From Octopus vulgaris (taxonomy: Eukaryota), in contig OX597816.1 of the NCBI GenBank assembly GCA_951406725.2, positions 61,938,001 through 62,002,000 on the forward strand: a stretch of 64,000 nucleotides of DNA. Reading direction: 5' to 3'. Below, one piece after another: positions 14,149-28,991 of this stretch. The translations under genes were made by a program, and so were the position numbers. The stretch's first letter is position 1. The number at the start of each line of letters is the position of its first letter. The notes below the pieces were generated by a model. The model was not told the DNA's origin and made no database searches. It saw only the letters and a list, made by a program, of their open reading frames with translations.

Positions 14149-14663
14149 AAGTATATTTGCCACCTAAATATGGCTAACCGCTAAGGGTGGATGTTACTGT
14201 AGCTTGTAGCCCCAAGAGAACATCTTCTCCAGCTGGCTATTGACACACTTTCTGTGCCCTATTGACAGGTCATCAGCGCACGAAAATCTATACCTCGTTC
14301 AGAGATTTATCATTGCTTGTATACACTTTTTCAAGATCAGTAACGAAAAGTTTCTGGAAAAAAGATGTATTTGCATTGGGACCCTTCCCTCGAAAACTGG
14401 TGATTGTCGTGCGCTGATGACGAGTCAATACGCAGAAACTGCAGACCGTGCATATCACTTAGGTTGACGAGGGAAGGATGACCTCCCTTTGCAAATACCG
14501 ATAGGGCACAGAAAGTGTGCCAATAGCCAGCTGGAGTAGATGTTCTCCTGGGCTACAAGCTACAGTAACATCCACCCTTAGTGGTTAGCCATATATAGAT
14601 AGCAAATATACTTCACATTATCGTGCAGTTACTGTCTATACCTCGTTCAGAGATTTATTATTG
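14149..14663 (+). mobile_element. non-autonomous HHR-bearing retroelement (retrozyme/PLE pLTR-like) with inverted 5' segment
   Basis: 348-bp unit with terminal redundancy (TCTATACCTCGTTCAGAGATTTAT at 14287 and 14635). 14149-14262 is the reverse complement of ~14501-14613. Homologous to 28592-28993 and flanked by TA-rich tracts. Confidence 0.75.
14408..14452 (+). ncRNA. type I minimal hammerhead ribozyme, probably inactivated
   Basis: CGUGCG-CUGAUGA-...-GAAA-CUGCAG-AC-CGUGC; the cleavage triplet is GAC rather than GUC. Confidence 0.6.
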
Positions 14664-14753
14664 TAAGTATATATATGCGTATAAATATATGTATATGTAT
14701 GTATGTATGTCTATATGTATTTATATATGTATATATATTTATGTATGTATATA

Positions 14754-16040
14754 CAGTGGTTAGACAAAATAATGGAAACACCTTTAAATTTCAAATAAAT
14801 TCATTCTAACATGGCGTAGGACCGCCTTTGGCAGTAATTACAGTTTTAATTCTACGAGGTATGAACTAGTACAAAGTCTTCAAAGGAATTTTTGTCTCTG
14901 CTTCAGCTAAAACAGTCGGCAGTTGTTGTATTGATGATGGTGGAATTTATCGACTCATTACTGGGTTTCAATGTTCAATAATATTGAGATCTTTGGACTG
15001 TTGTGTCTAAATAAGATCTTCATGCCTTTCAGTAACAACTTTAGCTGTGTGAATTGGTGCATTATCATCCTAAAATATTGCGTTTCCCTCCTGAAACAGT
15101 AACGCAACCAGAAGCTATGAAATTGATCATATAAAAGCTTAAATAGTATTGACTATTAATTCTGCCATGAAGGGAAACCATTGGGCTGCGGATATCCAAG
15201 TTATAGCCCCCTCCCCCAAGATCTTCACAGATCCTACTCCATGTTTAACAGTTGGAAGAAGGTAGTCTGGGTCAAATTCTTGTTTTGGCTGTCTCCACAC
15301 GTACACTTGGCCGGTGGTCGGAAATATGGTACAGGATGACTCATCCGAGAACAAAAAACATTCTTCCATTGCTCTAGGGACCGAGTCTGTAGGTTTTTAC
15401 TCCACTATAAACGCGTTGCAACATTTGTTTTTGAATGTAGTGGTTTTCTGATTGCAGCCCTCCCGTGAAATCCGGCATTATGCAGCTCCCAGCGAACAGT
15501 TTTTTGTGGAAATTGGGTTACGAGGTGGTCATTAAGCTCTGCAGGAATTTTGGGAGCTGTACTTTTGTGATTTTTTTCTAAGAATTCACATAAGATTCTG
15601 ACGGTCCCTATCTGAAAATTTTTGTTTTCTTCCGGAGTTTTGTTTCGACGAGGAGGTTTTCCTCTCTTTCTCAAAGGATGTCATTAATTTCGAAACCGTA
15701 CACCAAACCAGTTGATTGTTTTCATTACGCTAGCGCCAGCCATACGAGCAACACAAATTTGAATTTTTTGAAAGTCCGCCAGATCTGGTATATTAATGTA
15801 TTTTAATTACCTTTTGCTGAGAATATCTGAAAAGAAATAACAGTTTTAGTAAAATATATTGCGCAACACTAATATTAAATAAAAAAAAGAATAAACAAGC
15901 GGTAGTGCCCCAGAATGGCCGCGGCCTTCGGGCTAAAACATTTAAAGGATTTAAGGATTTAAGCTTTTCACGGTTTTATAGATATTTCAAAATTATGATG
16001 CTATGATGCTAGGCGTTTCAATTATTTTGTCCAACCCCTG
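14754..16040 (-). mobile_element. decayed Tc1-like transposon
   Basis: TA-flanked TIRs CAGTGGTTAGACAAAATAATGGAAACACCT / AGGCGTTTCAATTATTTTGTCCAACCCCTG. Transposase relics include TVRWELHNAGFHGRAAIRKP, FSDES...PTVKHGVGSV and DDNAPIH. Confidence 0.9.
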
Positions 16041-16408
16041 TATGTATTTGTAAATATAATTGTATATTCGTTTATATGTATCTATATGAGTATGTGTATA
16101 TATATGTATATATCTGTGTATATATATATATGTGTATATGTATATGTGTGTATATATGTATGTATATATGTATATATATGTATGTATGTATATATATATA
16201 TATGTATGTATATGTACGCATGTATGTATATATGTATGTATATATGTACATATATATATGTGTATGTATAAATACATGTATATATATACTTGTATGTATG
16301 TATATATGTCTGTATATATGTATGCATGTATATGTATGTATATATGTATGCATGTATATGTATGTATATATGTATATATGTCTGTATATATATGTATCTA
16401 TCTATATC

Positions 16409-16443
<35 letters not shown>

Positions 16444-16644
16444 GTATAGATATGTATACATATGTAGTACTATATATATAGGTATATATATATATGCATA
16501 TGTATGTATATATATATATGTATGTTTATATATATGTATATATATACATACGTATACATATACATATATTTACGTATATGTATATATATATGTATATGTA
16601 TGTATATATATATATATGTATATGTATGTATATATATATATGTA

Positions 16645-16690
<46 letters not shown>

Positions 16691-16805
16691 GTATATATGT
16701 ATGTATTTGTATGTATATTTGAATGTATTTGTATGTATATGTATGTATATGTATGTATATATATGCATGTATGTGTATGTATGTACATGTATCTATATAC
16801 ATACG

Positions 16806-16861
<56 letters not shown>

Positions 16862-17128
16862 TGTATGTCTATAAATATGTATGTACACATGCATATATGT
16901 ACACATCAGTTAATGACTTATGTAGCAGATATGAAACCGAGTGTCGTAGCGAAGTTTGAAACTTTTCTAGTGTACATAAACATATTCATCGTAGTGCCGT
17001 TTTGGGATTTCGGTGTTTTTGCTGTAACCACCTATTGATGAAACTTCTGTACATATGTGATTGTATGCATATATCCGTGCGTATGTACATTCGTATGATT
17101 GTTTATATATATATATATACAGGTCTTA

Positions 17129-17185
<57 letters not shown>

Positions 17186-17189
17186 GTCT

Positions 17190-17231
<42 letters not shown>

Positions 17232-17366
17232 TGTATTATAAATATAAATATACCTGCATTATAAATATATATATGTATACATATATTATAAATATATATG
17301 TATACATGTATTAGAAATATATTTACATATACACGTAATTACGTAGGTATATCCGTACATGTAGAT

Positions 17367-17398
<32 letters not shown>

Positions 17399-17420
17399 AC
17401 ACACACACACACACAATAAT
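16041..17420. repeat. long degenerate (TA)n/(TATG)n/(CA)n microsatellite block
   Basis: Directly visible. Confidence 0.95.
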
Positions 17421-19159
17421 ATATATATAATATACATTTACGTACGCACACACTCACATACACATACTTGTACATTTATATGCATCTATATAAGAGCGTG
17501 CGTAATGTTTTTCCCTGTATTGCTCCAACCATTTATTTTCAGAATTATATTAATTTATTTGCATCTATTGCGCATCTGTGACTGTATCTAATGACTTCTT
17601 AATATGCGCGTTTATGAATAGCCCTATGTGCTTATACATGAATAAATATGTTTGCCTGATTGCATGTGTATGTACTCGTGTGCGCATGCTTGCGTGTTAT
17701 ACTCTTTTTTTTTTACGTACGTATTCGTACCTGAACAATTATACGATTGAATATGGATGTATATTTGTGTGTGTGTGTGTCTGTGTGTATGTACGGTCTT
17801 ATTTGCGCTTCCACAAATACAAGAGTGTATGGGAATATTGTTCCGCCTTCTTAATAAAAATACCCATATCTATACATTCTTATATTTTCTATTACTTCTT
17901 ATTCCTTCATATTCAATAACCATTAACGTAATTTCGAATATATATGCATTCACCACTGTTTCCCGTTCTTTTGTGTATAAAGAAGCGTATGTATGCTTAC
18001 AGTTTTCACAGAATTATGTGTTAGGTTGCAATTCGTATGGTGTAGGTGTGTTTTGTATATATAATTATTACTGTTCATGATATATCACGATTATTCAATA
18101 CACTTCTACTTTATTTCTCCTTCACCGCTAGACAATTTTCTGCCCAATCTCAGGTTTCTCTTGTAATTCCCCATACATTGGTCGGATAATTGCTTACATA
18201 ACTCTCTTTTCTTCGATAAGTATTTATGTTGTCAAACTGCTCCAGGGTCCAAACTTTGGTATATTCTGCAGCTCTTGTTTGTTTCTACTAACTAAATGAA
18301 GATTTCATTTATTTATTTATATGTTTATTTATTTATTCCTCCCCCCACCCCATAATTATCTCTTCGCTTGATTTGCTACAATAATGACAGGAATTGTATT
18401 TACAATGGATGGAGATATCGGAGGATAGGAAAATACGGCACATGACTAGTCATATTTAGTTTCAAAGAAACGTGTTCAAGTTTCCGTATTCATCGAAATT
18501 GTCAACGATGACAAATTGGCAAATTCGCGAGTGAGTCGGACACGATTACTAACATAATTGTGCCGGCGTTTTACGTTCAAATCGAGCCGAGGGCAACATT
18601 ATGTTGCAGACATCTGGAATCGATGGAATTAAGTGCCTCTTAAGTAATGCCGTCGATTTAATCACTTAATTCCTTCTATCACATTCTTGGCCAGTTCTTT
18701 GTGTTTAGAAATGATTTCACTGGTGGATTTGCAGGGCTGTCTAGCAAGATCGTGAGCACGACGGGCAAAATGCTTGGCGGCATATTGTCCGTCTTTATGT
18801 ACTGGGTTCAAATTCTGCCGAGGCCAACGTTGCCTTTCATTATTGCGGGGGTTGATAAAATGAGTAGCAGTTGAACCCTGGGGTCAATGTAATCGACTTA
18901 CCGACTCCATCGAACTTGCTGACCTTATGCCAAAATTTGAAATCGATATTCCATTACTTCTCTTTCTTCGTACTAATTACACGAGGTCAACTTTATATTC
19001 TGGCGATGTTTAAATAAAGTACCTGTTAAGTAGGTGTGTATGTGTGCATGTAGAAATATATATTTGTTTGCCTATTTATATTTTCAGTCAGTATGGTATT
19101 TTATTTAGGAGAAAGTTCATAAGGCCTTTCCTAAGGTTTTTTAAGGTTTAAGGTTAATT

Positions 19160-19352
19160 ACTCTTTTACTTGTTTCAGTCATTTGACTGCGGCCATGCTG
19201 GAGCACCGCATTTAGTCGATCAAATCGACCCCAGGACTTATTTTTGTAGGCCTAGTACTTATTCTATCGGTCACTTTTGCCGAACCTCTAAGTTACGGGG
19301 ACGTAAACACACCAGCATTGGTTGTCAAGCGATGTTGGGGACACAAACACAT

Positions 19353-19400
<48 letters not shown>

Positions 19401-19565
19401 ACACACATATATATATATATATATGTATATATATACATATATACGACGGGCTTCTTTCAGTTTCCGTCTTTCAAATCCACTCACAGGGCTTTGGTTGGCC
19501 CGAGGCTATGGCATAAGACATTTGCCCAAGGTGCCATACAGTGGGCATGAACCCTGAACCATGTT
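19160..19565 (-). mobile_element. family B SINE (5' truncated)
   Basis: Matches 775-1284. Confidence 0.85.
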
Positions 19566-20437
19566 GTTGTATCTATCTATTTCCTCTTATATTGTTCCAA
19601 AATTATTTCCAATTTTTTAAAAATATTAAATAGGCTAAGTTATTATACACCTCGTAACCCTAGATCCTAATTGCCACCTTTAGAATTTATTTTGAGCTCT
19701 TTTGTTTTCAAATTTACTCCCCTTTTATTTGATAATCTGAATATGTACTAGCCAACCCCGTCCTTCCTCCTTTTGGTTATCATCTCTTCTCCATCAGTCA
19801 TTCTTTTACTAGCAACTCTGAGACATCCTTTTATTTAAATAAAGCCAGACATATGGTTCCACTAAAATAAGGGTCGGGGAGAGTATTTCATAGTAGTTAA
19901 TTTATCACCATGAACTGGAACTCAAGTGTTAATTCACAGTGGATTTCACTGTAAACGGTTGTAGACTATATGCTGCATAAAATCTGATTATTAAAATAAG
20001 GATAGACATCAATTAACTACCTCACCATTCCTTTTCCTTCACCCGCATTATTTTCATCTTTTACTCTCAAAATTATTCCAGGGTTTAGATATACATTTTT
20101 CCCTAAAGTCATTCTGCCACAAACATAGCAAAAGAAAAAATGTAATTATTTTGGTTTCTAGTACTGATGTAAATTGTGCTAAAAAAATGGTTTATCCATT
20201 ATGTTGGAAATCTATATGGTCGCCTGCGTCTGAGGAGAACGGTTTCTTACAAATTGATGTAATGTTTTCATTGATTGATTAAATGGAGCCACTTGAAAGG
20301 GCCGTAATGAAATGATACTTGGACATTCTTGCTACTAATCTGCTTTATATATATATATGTGTGTATGTGAATATATATGTGTTTGTGAGTATATTTGTGT
20401 ATATATATGTATATCATATATATGTATATATATATTT

Positions 20438-20660
20438 TTATTGCCCATAGGGGTATAAACATAAAGGAGACAAACAAGGATAGACGAAGGGATTAAGTCG
20501 ATTCCATCACCCCAGTGCGTTACTGGTACCTATTTAATCTATCCCGAAAGGATGAAAGGTAAAGTCGAACTCGGCGGAAATTGAACTCAGAACGTAACAG
20601 CAGACGAAATTCCGCTAAGCATTTCGCCCGGAGTGCTAAAGATTCTGCCAGCTCATCGCC
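20438..20660 (-). mobile_element. family A SINE
   Basis: Matches 40-270. Confidence 0.85.
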
Positions 20661-21174
20661 CTCCTTTATATATATATATATATATCATATATGTTTTTAT
20701 TTGCTGCTATTAATTTCATGTGATGAGAGCATGCCTTGCAGTATTTTGGACACGTCTAGTGTATCAACACAATGGTCAGGCACAGCCCACAAAGTACAAC
20801 ATAAATATACATACTGAAGACGGTAAAGGGAGTTACATCCCTAAACTAGAAATCGATCTCTAGTTAAACCATTTAAAAAAACCTTTTATGTTCATTTCTC
20901 ACGCTGTCAGCCCGTGCCAATATGGTAAGTAATTCTTAGAGCCATTTGGCGTCTATTTCTAGCATATGGCGCTATTCATTAGTGAACATTTTTTCAACCA
21001 ATATAACCCTCTTTATTTATTCTCTACTTATTATTTCTTTACCCCTTCTCTTCCTATGGTCTGCCTTTGACGTTAGATCTACAAACGTTTTTTTTAAATA
21101 CTTAATAGCGCTCTGCTTATCATTTATGCAGTCATCAAAATTGTTATAATGTTTTGTTGAGATAGGTTCTCTTT

Positions 21175-21260
21175 CTTTCCTGAGGAGAAGATTACATTAT
21201 TTTACACCGTTTATTCCTTTGAAATGAAACCAATGTTGTCTTCGAAACATATGTCGAAAG
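21175..21260 (+). ncRNA. type I hammerhead ribozyme with extended stem II
   Basis: CUUUC-CUGAGGA-GAAGA...UCUUC-GAAA-CAUAUG-UC-GAAAG; all core residues present; predicted cut after C21255. Confidence 0.8.
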
Positions 21261-22419
21261 TACAAGAACTTGAATAACACCTGCGTTCAACTCCATTTAT
21301 TTACTTATACTATACAAATTACAGCACATTAACCCGGAGTTTCTACCTTTGAATAGGTCGCTATATCCTTGTTACTTGCGTGAATTTTGCTACCCTGGTA
21401 ACTGTTTATTGAATTTTCCGTGTTAACTGTAAATAAAGGATAATTCATTCATCCATTTATATATATATATATAAACACACTTATAGAGATTGTCCCCAAA
21501 ATTTGGCATCAATTGAGATGACCATATCGGAGTGACTATATGGTCAAGAGGAATGAAACAAAATTCCCGTAGTCTGTTTCGAACGGCTTCTGTTATTTGA
21601 GACTGTTTTTTTTTATGAACCTGCTCAATGTGTTCTTCTCAGGACACAGTTAATTCTTATACGATCGCTTCTTTGGTGGAATCTGAGATGACTGTATCTG
21701 AGTGGAATGTTGCCGTTATCGTGTGCCTCAGGAACTTAAATTGTTTAACAAGTTTTCAAATGCCTGCCTGGATTTGTGGAAAGTAGGCAAAACGGTGATT
21801 TTTTTTCTTTTTTTTTTTAGTGAAGTGGGCGCCCCAATAGCTTCAAGAAAAATCATGGTTTCCTTCTTGGGATGGTGTTTACTGGACTGAAAGGCTGTTA
21901 TGACCACGTCCGATTACATGTTTAACTCCAGGTTATGTCAGCAGCAGCAGCAGTAGCAGCAACAGCAGTATTAGCAGCAGCAGTAGTAGCAGCAGGAACA
22001 GCAACAATATTGATTTAGGCTCTGTGGCATTTGCTTAAGCATTGTTGAAGGGAACCTCGACAAATAAACAAGGGACAGGAAGTAGCACAATCTTGCTCCA
22101 TGTTTGAAACCTTGTCACACTAAGTAAGATGACGTAAACATCCTAGATAAGGAAACTGATGGTGTAAATGTTATCCCGTTAGACATCCATACATGTTCTA
22201 CAGCATATTATATATTGATCCACTTTGCCTCAGTCGCCATCGTCTTTGGATCCGACTAATCTGTTAATCATTGCTTCCTATAAACTTGCACATCTGCATG
22301 AACGTCTTGGAGATGTCTTTCCTTTCATTTGAAAATAACACAAACATCTATAGAACTCTCTAATCATGTAAAACTTTCGAGAATTTTAGCGTATAAGTAC
22401 AGATGTACATGTTTAGGCA

Positions 22420-22620
22420 TCTCTTATATAAAATCTGTTCTGTCTGTCTGTGTGTCTTCTCAGATCTCGGGCATCCTCCATCTGATTGCACTCAAATTTG
22501 ATATGTAGATACTGACGGTATCAGGGCGTGTATAACTCTTGAAAAATTTACAAAAATCGATTCCAGGTGAGAATGCGATCGATAAAGCCGTTTGTGTCCT
22601 GCTTTTCTTCCGTCAACCTG
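22420..22620 (+). mobile_element. Helitron/HINE-like non-autonomous element 5' part
   Basis: Starts A|TCTCTTATATAAAA, followed by (TCTG)n and CTGATTGCACTCAAATTTG, resembling non-autonomous Helitron-like 5' ends; no 3' CTAG hairpin end seen. Confidence 0.4.
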
Positions 22621-23573
22621 TACATAACTCCACCTTCCATTTTTTATTGTTTTTGTACCGCTTAAAGGCACGTTTCTTTCCTGCCAAGCTTACTGTTTAA
22701 ACCATGTTTGTGTTCTCCCAGTGAACGGCCTTATCATTACTGGTACTTTAAACTCTTCGATTGCATATTTGAGTGAATAAAAACGTTTTTTTTTTAGAAT
22801 AGAAAAAAGTCTATCTTTATTTCTTCTTTTGCTGGTGTCTCCAATTCAGGTTAAATCAGTATTTCTCAAAGGGGAGGCCTATGGGACGGTCGGACAATTT
22901 GTTTTGAGAAAATTTGGTTTAAATGTTTAACAACTCAGCACGGTCCATTGGACGGGGTTCGTTTTGCTCGTGCTATTATATATATGAACATACATACCTA
23001 AAGCAAGGCGTACAGATCTGCACATTCATTGACACCAACTACACATATACACACATACACATGCACAACTAATCTGCTGACGTTGAAACCTCAATGAAAC
23101 AGATTTGAGTCTGTTAGAAATCGGCACTTTCGCCATTGATCAGAAATGTATAAATGAAACAAAATAATAACCTACATACATATGTAAGTAATTATATACA
23201 ATATACACACATTTATGTATGTAATTATATACTCTCATATACGTACATACATACATACGTAGGTATAAACAGACACACAGTTATACATATATATATATAT
23301 ATATATATATAAAACGTATATACACACAGACATATCATATATCTGTGTGTGTATATACACGTGTGTATGTATTAAAGGCAAGTGTGAAGTTATAGCATGA
23401 AGAAATAACTCCGGCGTTGTTAAGACATCATCAGAGAATGATTACATAGTTTCTATCGATTTTCTCAATATTCCTCTCTCTGACGAAGGTCACATTTTTG
23501 AGACGCTACGCTAGGTACTTCATGCTGCACGTCAACTGATTTGATCGAACGTTTATACAAGCTCAGCGATAAC

Positions 23574-23622
<49 letters not shown>

Positions 23623-23915
23623 TCTATGTTTGTATTTGTTTAAATAATAGGCAATAATATATACCTTCATATCTAGAGAATATAAACTAAACTTCCACAT
23701 GTAAATATGATGTTACTGTATTATATATATGTTACACGTATGCAGTTTGCGTATATAAAGATATACGGATATGAATACACTTGAACACGCCAATGAGACA
23801 AGAGTATATTTATGGGTAAAATTGAAAGTCTTTAAGCATGAGTGTATATACGCAAGCACATACATACATACACAAATTCTTTCCTCTCTCTCTGTAAATA
23901 TATAAATGTATATGC

Positions 23916-23959
<44 letters not shown>

Positions 23960-24599
23960 CACACACATACAAACACTTACATGTAGATATGTGTGTACTT
24001 CTGTTAGCGGGTGTAGGTATCCGTGTATGTATGCGTATATGGTTATATACTTAACTGTATGTTTTCTGTAAACCTGAGCGCGTGCTGAATGTGAATTTAT
24101 CAAAATTCAATATCTGCTATTATTCAAATTTGATGATTCATTTTCTCTCCACTTCTTCAATTTACTTTTTTTCTATTTTTCTCTTTATTTTTCAATATCA
24201 ACAATTTTGAATACCTATTTCCTATTATCTACTTTAATGGCCAGTTGCATCGAGGTTGTCATTTCTTTCTACTATAGTTCTCTTCTTTAATAAGTTGTAC
24301 CATTTCCCTTCAGGCTAGCCTTGTTCTCGAAATAACATTCATTAACTAGTGCAGCGAACTTCGAAGAAATTGTGCAATACTGCGCATTTGCCAATACCTT
24401 ATGAGTATATGTGTGTATGTGTGTCATCTTTACATGTGCAACTGTTTATTATACGTTGTGTGTGTGTGCGTGCATGCATGTATGTGTGTGTCATGTAATA
24501 TGTTCTGATATACATATAAATGCTTATAATGGAAAAGTATGTGTAGGCTTAGTACACTATGCACAAAAATATACATACTCAAACAAGCACTCATAACTT

Positions 24600-24635
24600 A
24601 CCGGTATATATATATATATATATATATATACAGAC

Positions 24636-24672
<37 letters not shown>

Positions 24673-24679
24673 CAGACAT

Positions 24680-24710
<31 letters not shown>

Positions 24711-24913
24711 TATCTATATATGTATGTATGTATATATATATATAGATATAGATAGATAGATATAATGTCTATATATATACATATAATATCTATATATGTA
24801 TGTATGTATATATATATATAGATCTAGATAGATAGATATAATGTCTATATATATACATATAATATCTATATATGTATGTATGTATATATATAGAGATATA
24901 GATAGATATAATG

Positions 24914-24945
<32 letters not shown>

Positions 24946-25344
24946 CATACAGAGACACACAACACGTATACCTGTGTGTGTATATTAGTAGATAGCGTGG
25001 TTGATGTATATATACGCACACATATATAAAAACATACATACGTGTGTGCGTGTATCTCACACTCTTTATACATATATATTATATATACATACACATATAT
25101 ATATGCATACATATATATTATATATATATGTGTGTATATATCTATATATACATACACACACACACACATATATATATGTATGTATATATATATATATATA
25201 CACACAATATAAACATATATACATACACACGTACGTACAAAATAAATACATATTCATCCGTACATTCGCTTACATATTCTTATATACCTGAGTTGTTATG
25301 AATTTTATATATTATCATTATTATTATTAATGATAACAGAAAAT

Positions 25345-25420
<76 letters not shown>
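24600..25420. repeat. compound microsatellite with local ~60-bp duplications
   Basis: ACATATAATATCTATATATGTATGTATG occurs three times in 24700-24890. Confidence 0.9.
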
Positions 25421-26070
25421 CATTTGTAATTGTGCTATGATTTCGTTGGGAGAAGTTGGAGGAAGTTATGAGTTATGTCGTAGAAAAATATATATACAAA
25501 TAAAAACGACAACATCATAAAAATGAAATATCATAACATGAATAATACGAACACAATAAAATAAATAACCTATTTAATAATAAATGGAAAAAAGAACCTA
25601 AACAAAGAATAACATGAAATAATCTCTGAACCCACTGCCACTCCCCCACTATCCTCCGCACATCACCCTTCCAGCCAACTCTTCTGATAGTTTAACATTA
25701 GAAAACGTAGACTAAAATGAAGTATTGAAGAATAAAAAAATATAATAACGATATCAAAAAAATAAATTTATTTTAAAGTTAGAATTCTTTTGCTAACTGA
25801 TTATTTTCAGTAATGTTGATAAATACATAAATATACTTTTAAAAGTAGACGGAATGTTTCTAGCTAATGGAAATTGGTATTTTTGGGTCATTATATCTAG
25901 ATATTTCTGGAATGACGAAAATGTCATCGAGTTAGTTTTACAAAGATGCCTAATTTGCGTGTTAGTTAACTTGTTCATTTTTCTCCTTTTCTCTCTGTGT
26001 GTATAAGTGTCTGTGAGTTCACACACTCACATATACATACATACATACATACATACATACATACCTACCT

Positions 26071-26167
<97 letters not shown>

Positions 26168-26284
26168 TTGTTTGAATATATGCACACATAAATATATGTA
26201 TACATGCCACCGCACTCATGCGCAATCTCACTCACATGCAAACACCCACATACACACACACACACACGCTCACACACACATGTA

Positions 26285-26327
<43 letters not shown>

Positions 26328-26497
26328 TAAATTTTGTCGACATATGCGCTATTATACACAACTCTATTTTCGTATTGATTTTAATTCGTGATTCTACGAT
26401 TCTGCATTATGATAATATCTTAAAGGCTAGTAATAGAAGTTGTACTGGTAGTAACAGCAGCAGCAGCAACAGAAATGCTGCTGCTGCTGCTACTACT

Positions 26498-26552
<55 letters not shown>

Positions 26553-26779
26553 ATGATAATGATAATAATGATAATTAATATTATTATTTTAAATTTTGCT
26601 ACAAGCCTAGCAATTTTGCGGAGATGTTAGTCTGTTACATCGACCCCAGAGTTTCACTGGTACTTAATTTATCGAAAGGACGAAAAGCAAAGTCAATCAC
26701 TAATAATAATAATAATAATAATAATGATGATGATGATAATTGCAAGGATATCTGAATGGAATTTGGGACCAAAAACTGG

Positions 26780-28222
26780 TCTACTTATATTAGAAAGAGG
26801 CAAAGTATTGTCGTCATATGGTGTAGAGGTACTCAACGGCAAGAAAATGAAGGACATTGAGACAAATGGATATAAATTTCTAGTGATTTTGGAATATGAC
26901 AATGTCAAGGAAAGTAAAATGAAGGAAAGCTTTAGGCGAGAATATCTCAGAAGAACCAAGTTGATTATGGGAAGTAGACTCAGTGAAAAAAAATAAACAA
27001 TATCAGGACAATGAATACATGGGCTGTTTCCTTAATGTGATACGGCGCAGGTTTTGATAGGCAGACAAAGAACGAGCTTGAGGAAATGGACAGGAAAACT
27101 AGAAAAGTGATGACTATTAACAAGGAACTACACTCCAAAAGAGATACTGGTATGTGCTTAGAAATAGGGGAGGAAGAGACCTCGTAGGATGCAAGATCTG
27201 TGTTGCCAATAAGAAGAGCAGTCTGGGATGGTACATCAAAAAGCAGAGTGAATCCTTGTTTGCTACTGTTAGAATTAATAATACAATACCCACCGAAAAT
27301 GTGATGCACCCACAAAACTTTAAGAAACAGGATGAAGATGAAAGAGAAAACAACTGGAAAATGAAACCACTACATGAGCAATACCTCACAGAAATCGAGG
27401 GAAAAGACAAGATCAACACTTGGAGATGGGTTAGAAAAAATGATCTGAACGGATGCACTGAGGGATTGATATGCAGCGTCCAGGAATAAGCTCTGAGAAC
27501 TAATTACACCAAGTTCCAAAAAGATAAAAGTAGCGAATCGCACCTTTGTCGGATGTGTGCCAGCGGAAACAAAACAATGCCATATATTGTGATTGAGTGT
27601 CGTAACCTGTCTCAAAAGTACTTCAAAAGGAGGAGCGACAACGTGGCTCAGTGGTTATGTGAAAAGTACGGCCTGAAAAGATCACGGAAATGGTACTAAC
27701 ATGAACCAGAAGGAGTCTCCGAGAATAAGGAAACGACTGGAAATAATTTTATAATCCAATGTGACTCCCTAATCAAGGCTCGGAGACCAAACATTGTTGT
27801 GGTAGATAAGGAAAAACGAAAACCAAGATTATAGATATTGCAGCACCTGAGAATGCAAGCATAAATTACAAAGAACTTGAAAAAATTGAAACTAGTACTA
27901 AAAGACGAAATTGCAAGAATGTGGACTATGAGGAGAATGCTCGTCATTCCTGTAATGGTAGGGGCACTCGGAGCACTAACAACCAAATTCGAGAAATATG
28001 TCAGAGAAATCGGAATTGACATGAGTGTAGAACATGCCCCCAAAACTGCACTGCTGAGGATAGCTAGGATTTCAAGACTGGTACTTAGATGTTGAGTGTC
28101 TCCCACGATAAATAATGACCAAGTACCAAAGCTTGCAATGTGCTGCTGTCCGCTTTCATAGAATCTACCAGAATAAACAAGACCGAGAAAACACTGAGTA
28201 TAACAATAACAATAATAATAAT
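26780..28222 (+). mobile_element. 5'-truncated, decayed R4/Dong-type non-LTR retrotransposon (RT thumb, CCHC, RLE endonuclease)
   Basis: Relics EYLRRTKLIMGSRL, INT/NTWAVS, DRKTRKVM, GGRDL, WKMKPLHEQY, CRMC, ARRPNIVVVDK, IPVMVGALG. (TAA)n-type tracts at both ends, as known for Dong targets. Confidence 0.85.
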
Positions 28223-28538
28223 TTCTACTAGAAGCACAAGGTCTGGAATTTGAGGGGAGGGTTGGGGAATTACATCGACGAAAATGTTTCACTGGTACTT
28301 AATTTATCGTCCCCGAAAGGATAAAAGGCAAAGTCAACGCGACGGATTTTGAAACAACAACAACAACAACAACAGCAGCAGCAATAATCGTAATAATAAT
28401 AATAATTATAATAATGCGCTTTGTTCGTTGACGAATAATATTTATATATGCATGTGCTATTGTCTTCGCATGTGTGTGTTTGTACATATATATATATATG
28501 TAATATATACATACGTACATACTTAAATACATCTATAC

Positions 28539-28585
<47 letters not shown>

Positions 28586-28591
28586 CGTGTG

Positions 28592-28991
28592 TGTCGTGCA
28601 GTTACTGTTTATATCTCGTTCAGAGATTTATTATTGCTTGCGTGCGGTTTTTCGAGATCAGTGACGAAAAGTTACTGGAAAAACGATACAAGTGTTTGCA
28701 CTGGGACCGCCTTTCATCGAAAACCGGTGATTGTCGTACGCTGATGACAGGTCAAAAACTAGAAACTGCAGTCCGTGCGTAACACTTAGGTTGACAAGGG
28801 AAGGGTGACCTCCCTTTGCAAATACCATAAGCGCACAGAAAGTGTACCTAAAGCCAGCTAGAGACGATGTTCTCCTGGGGCTACAAGCTACAGTAACACC
28901 CACCCTTAGTGGTTAGCCATATTGAGAGGGCAAGTATACCTCACATTGTCGTGCAGTTACTGTTTATATCTCGTTCAGAGATTTACTATTG

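Noticed and set aside
16076-17038. 320-aa ORF and dozens of similar Y/I/M/C/V/H/T-rich ORFs
   Set aside because: Translations of (TA)n, (CA)n and (TATG)n tracts, which lack stops in some frames.
23420-23510. CUGAUGA/CUGACGA-like motifs on both strands
   Set aside because: No GAAA or stems in HHR geometry.
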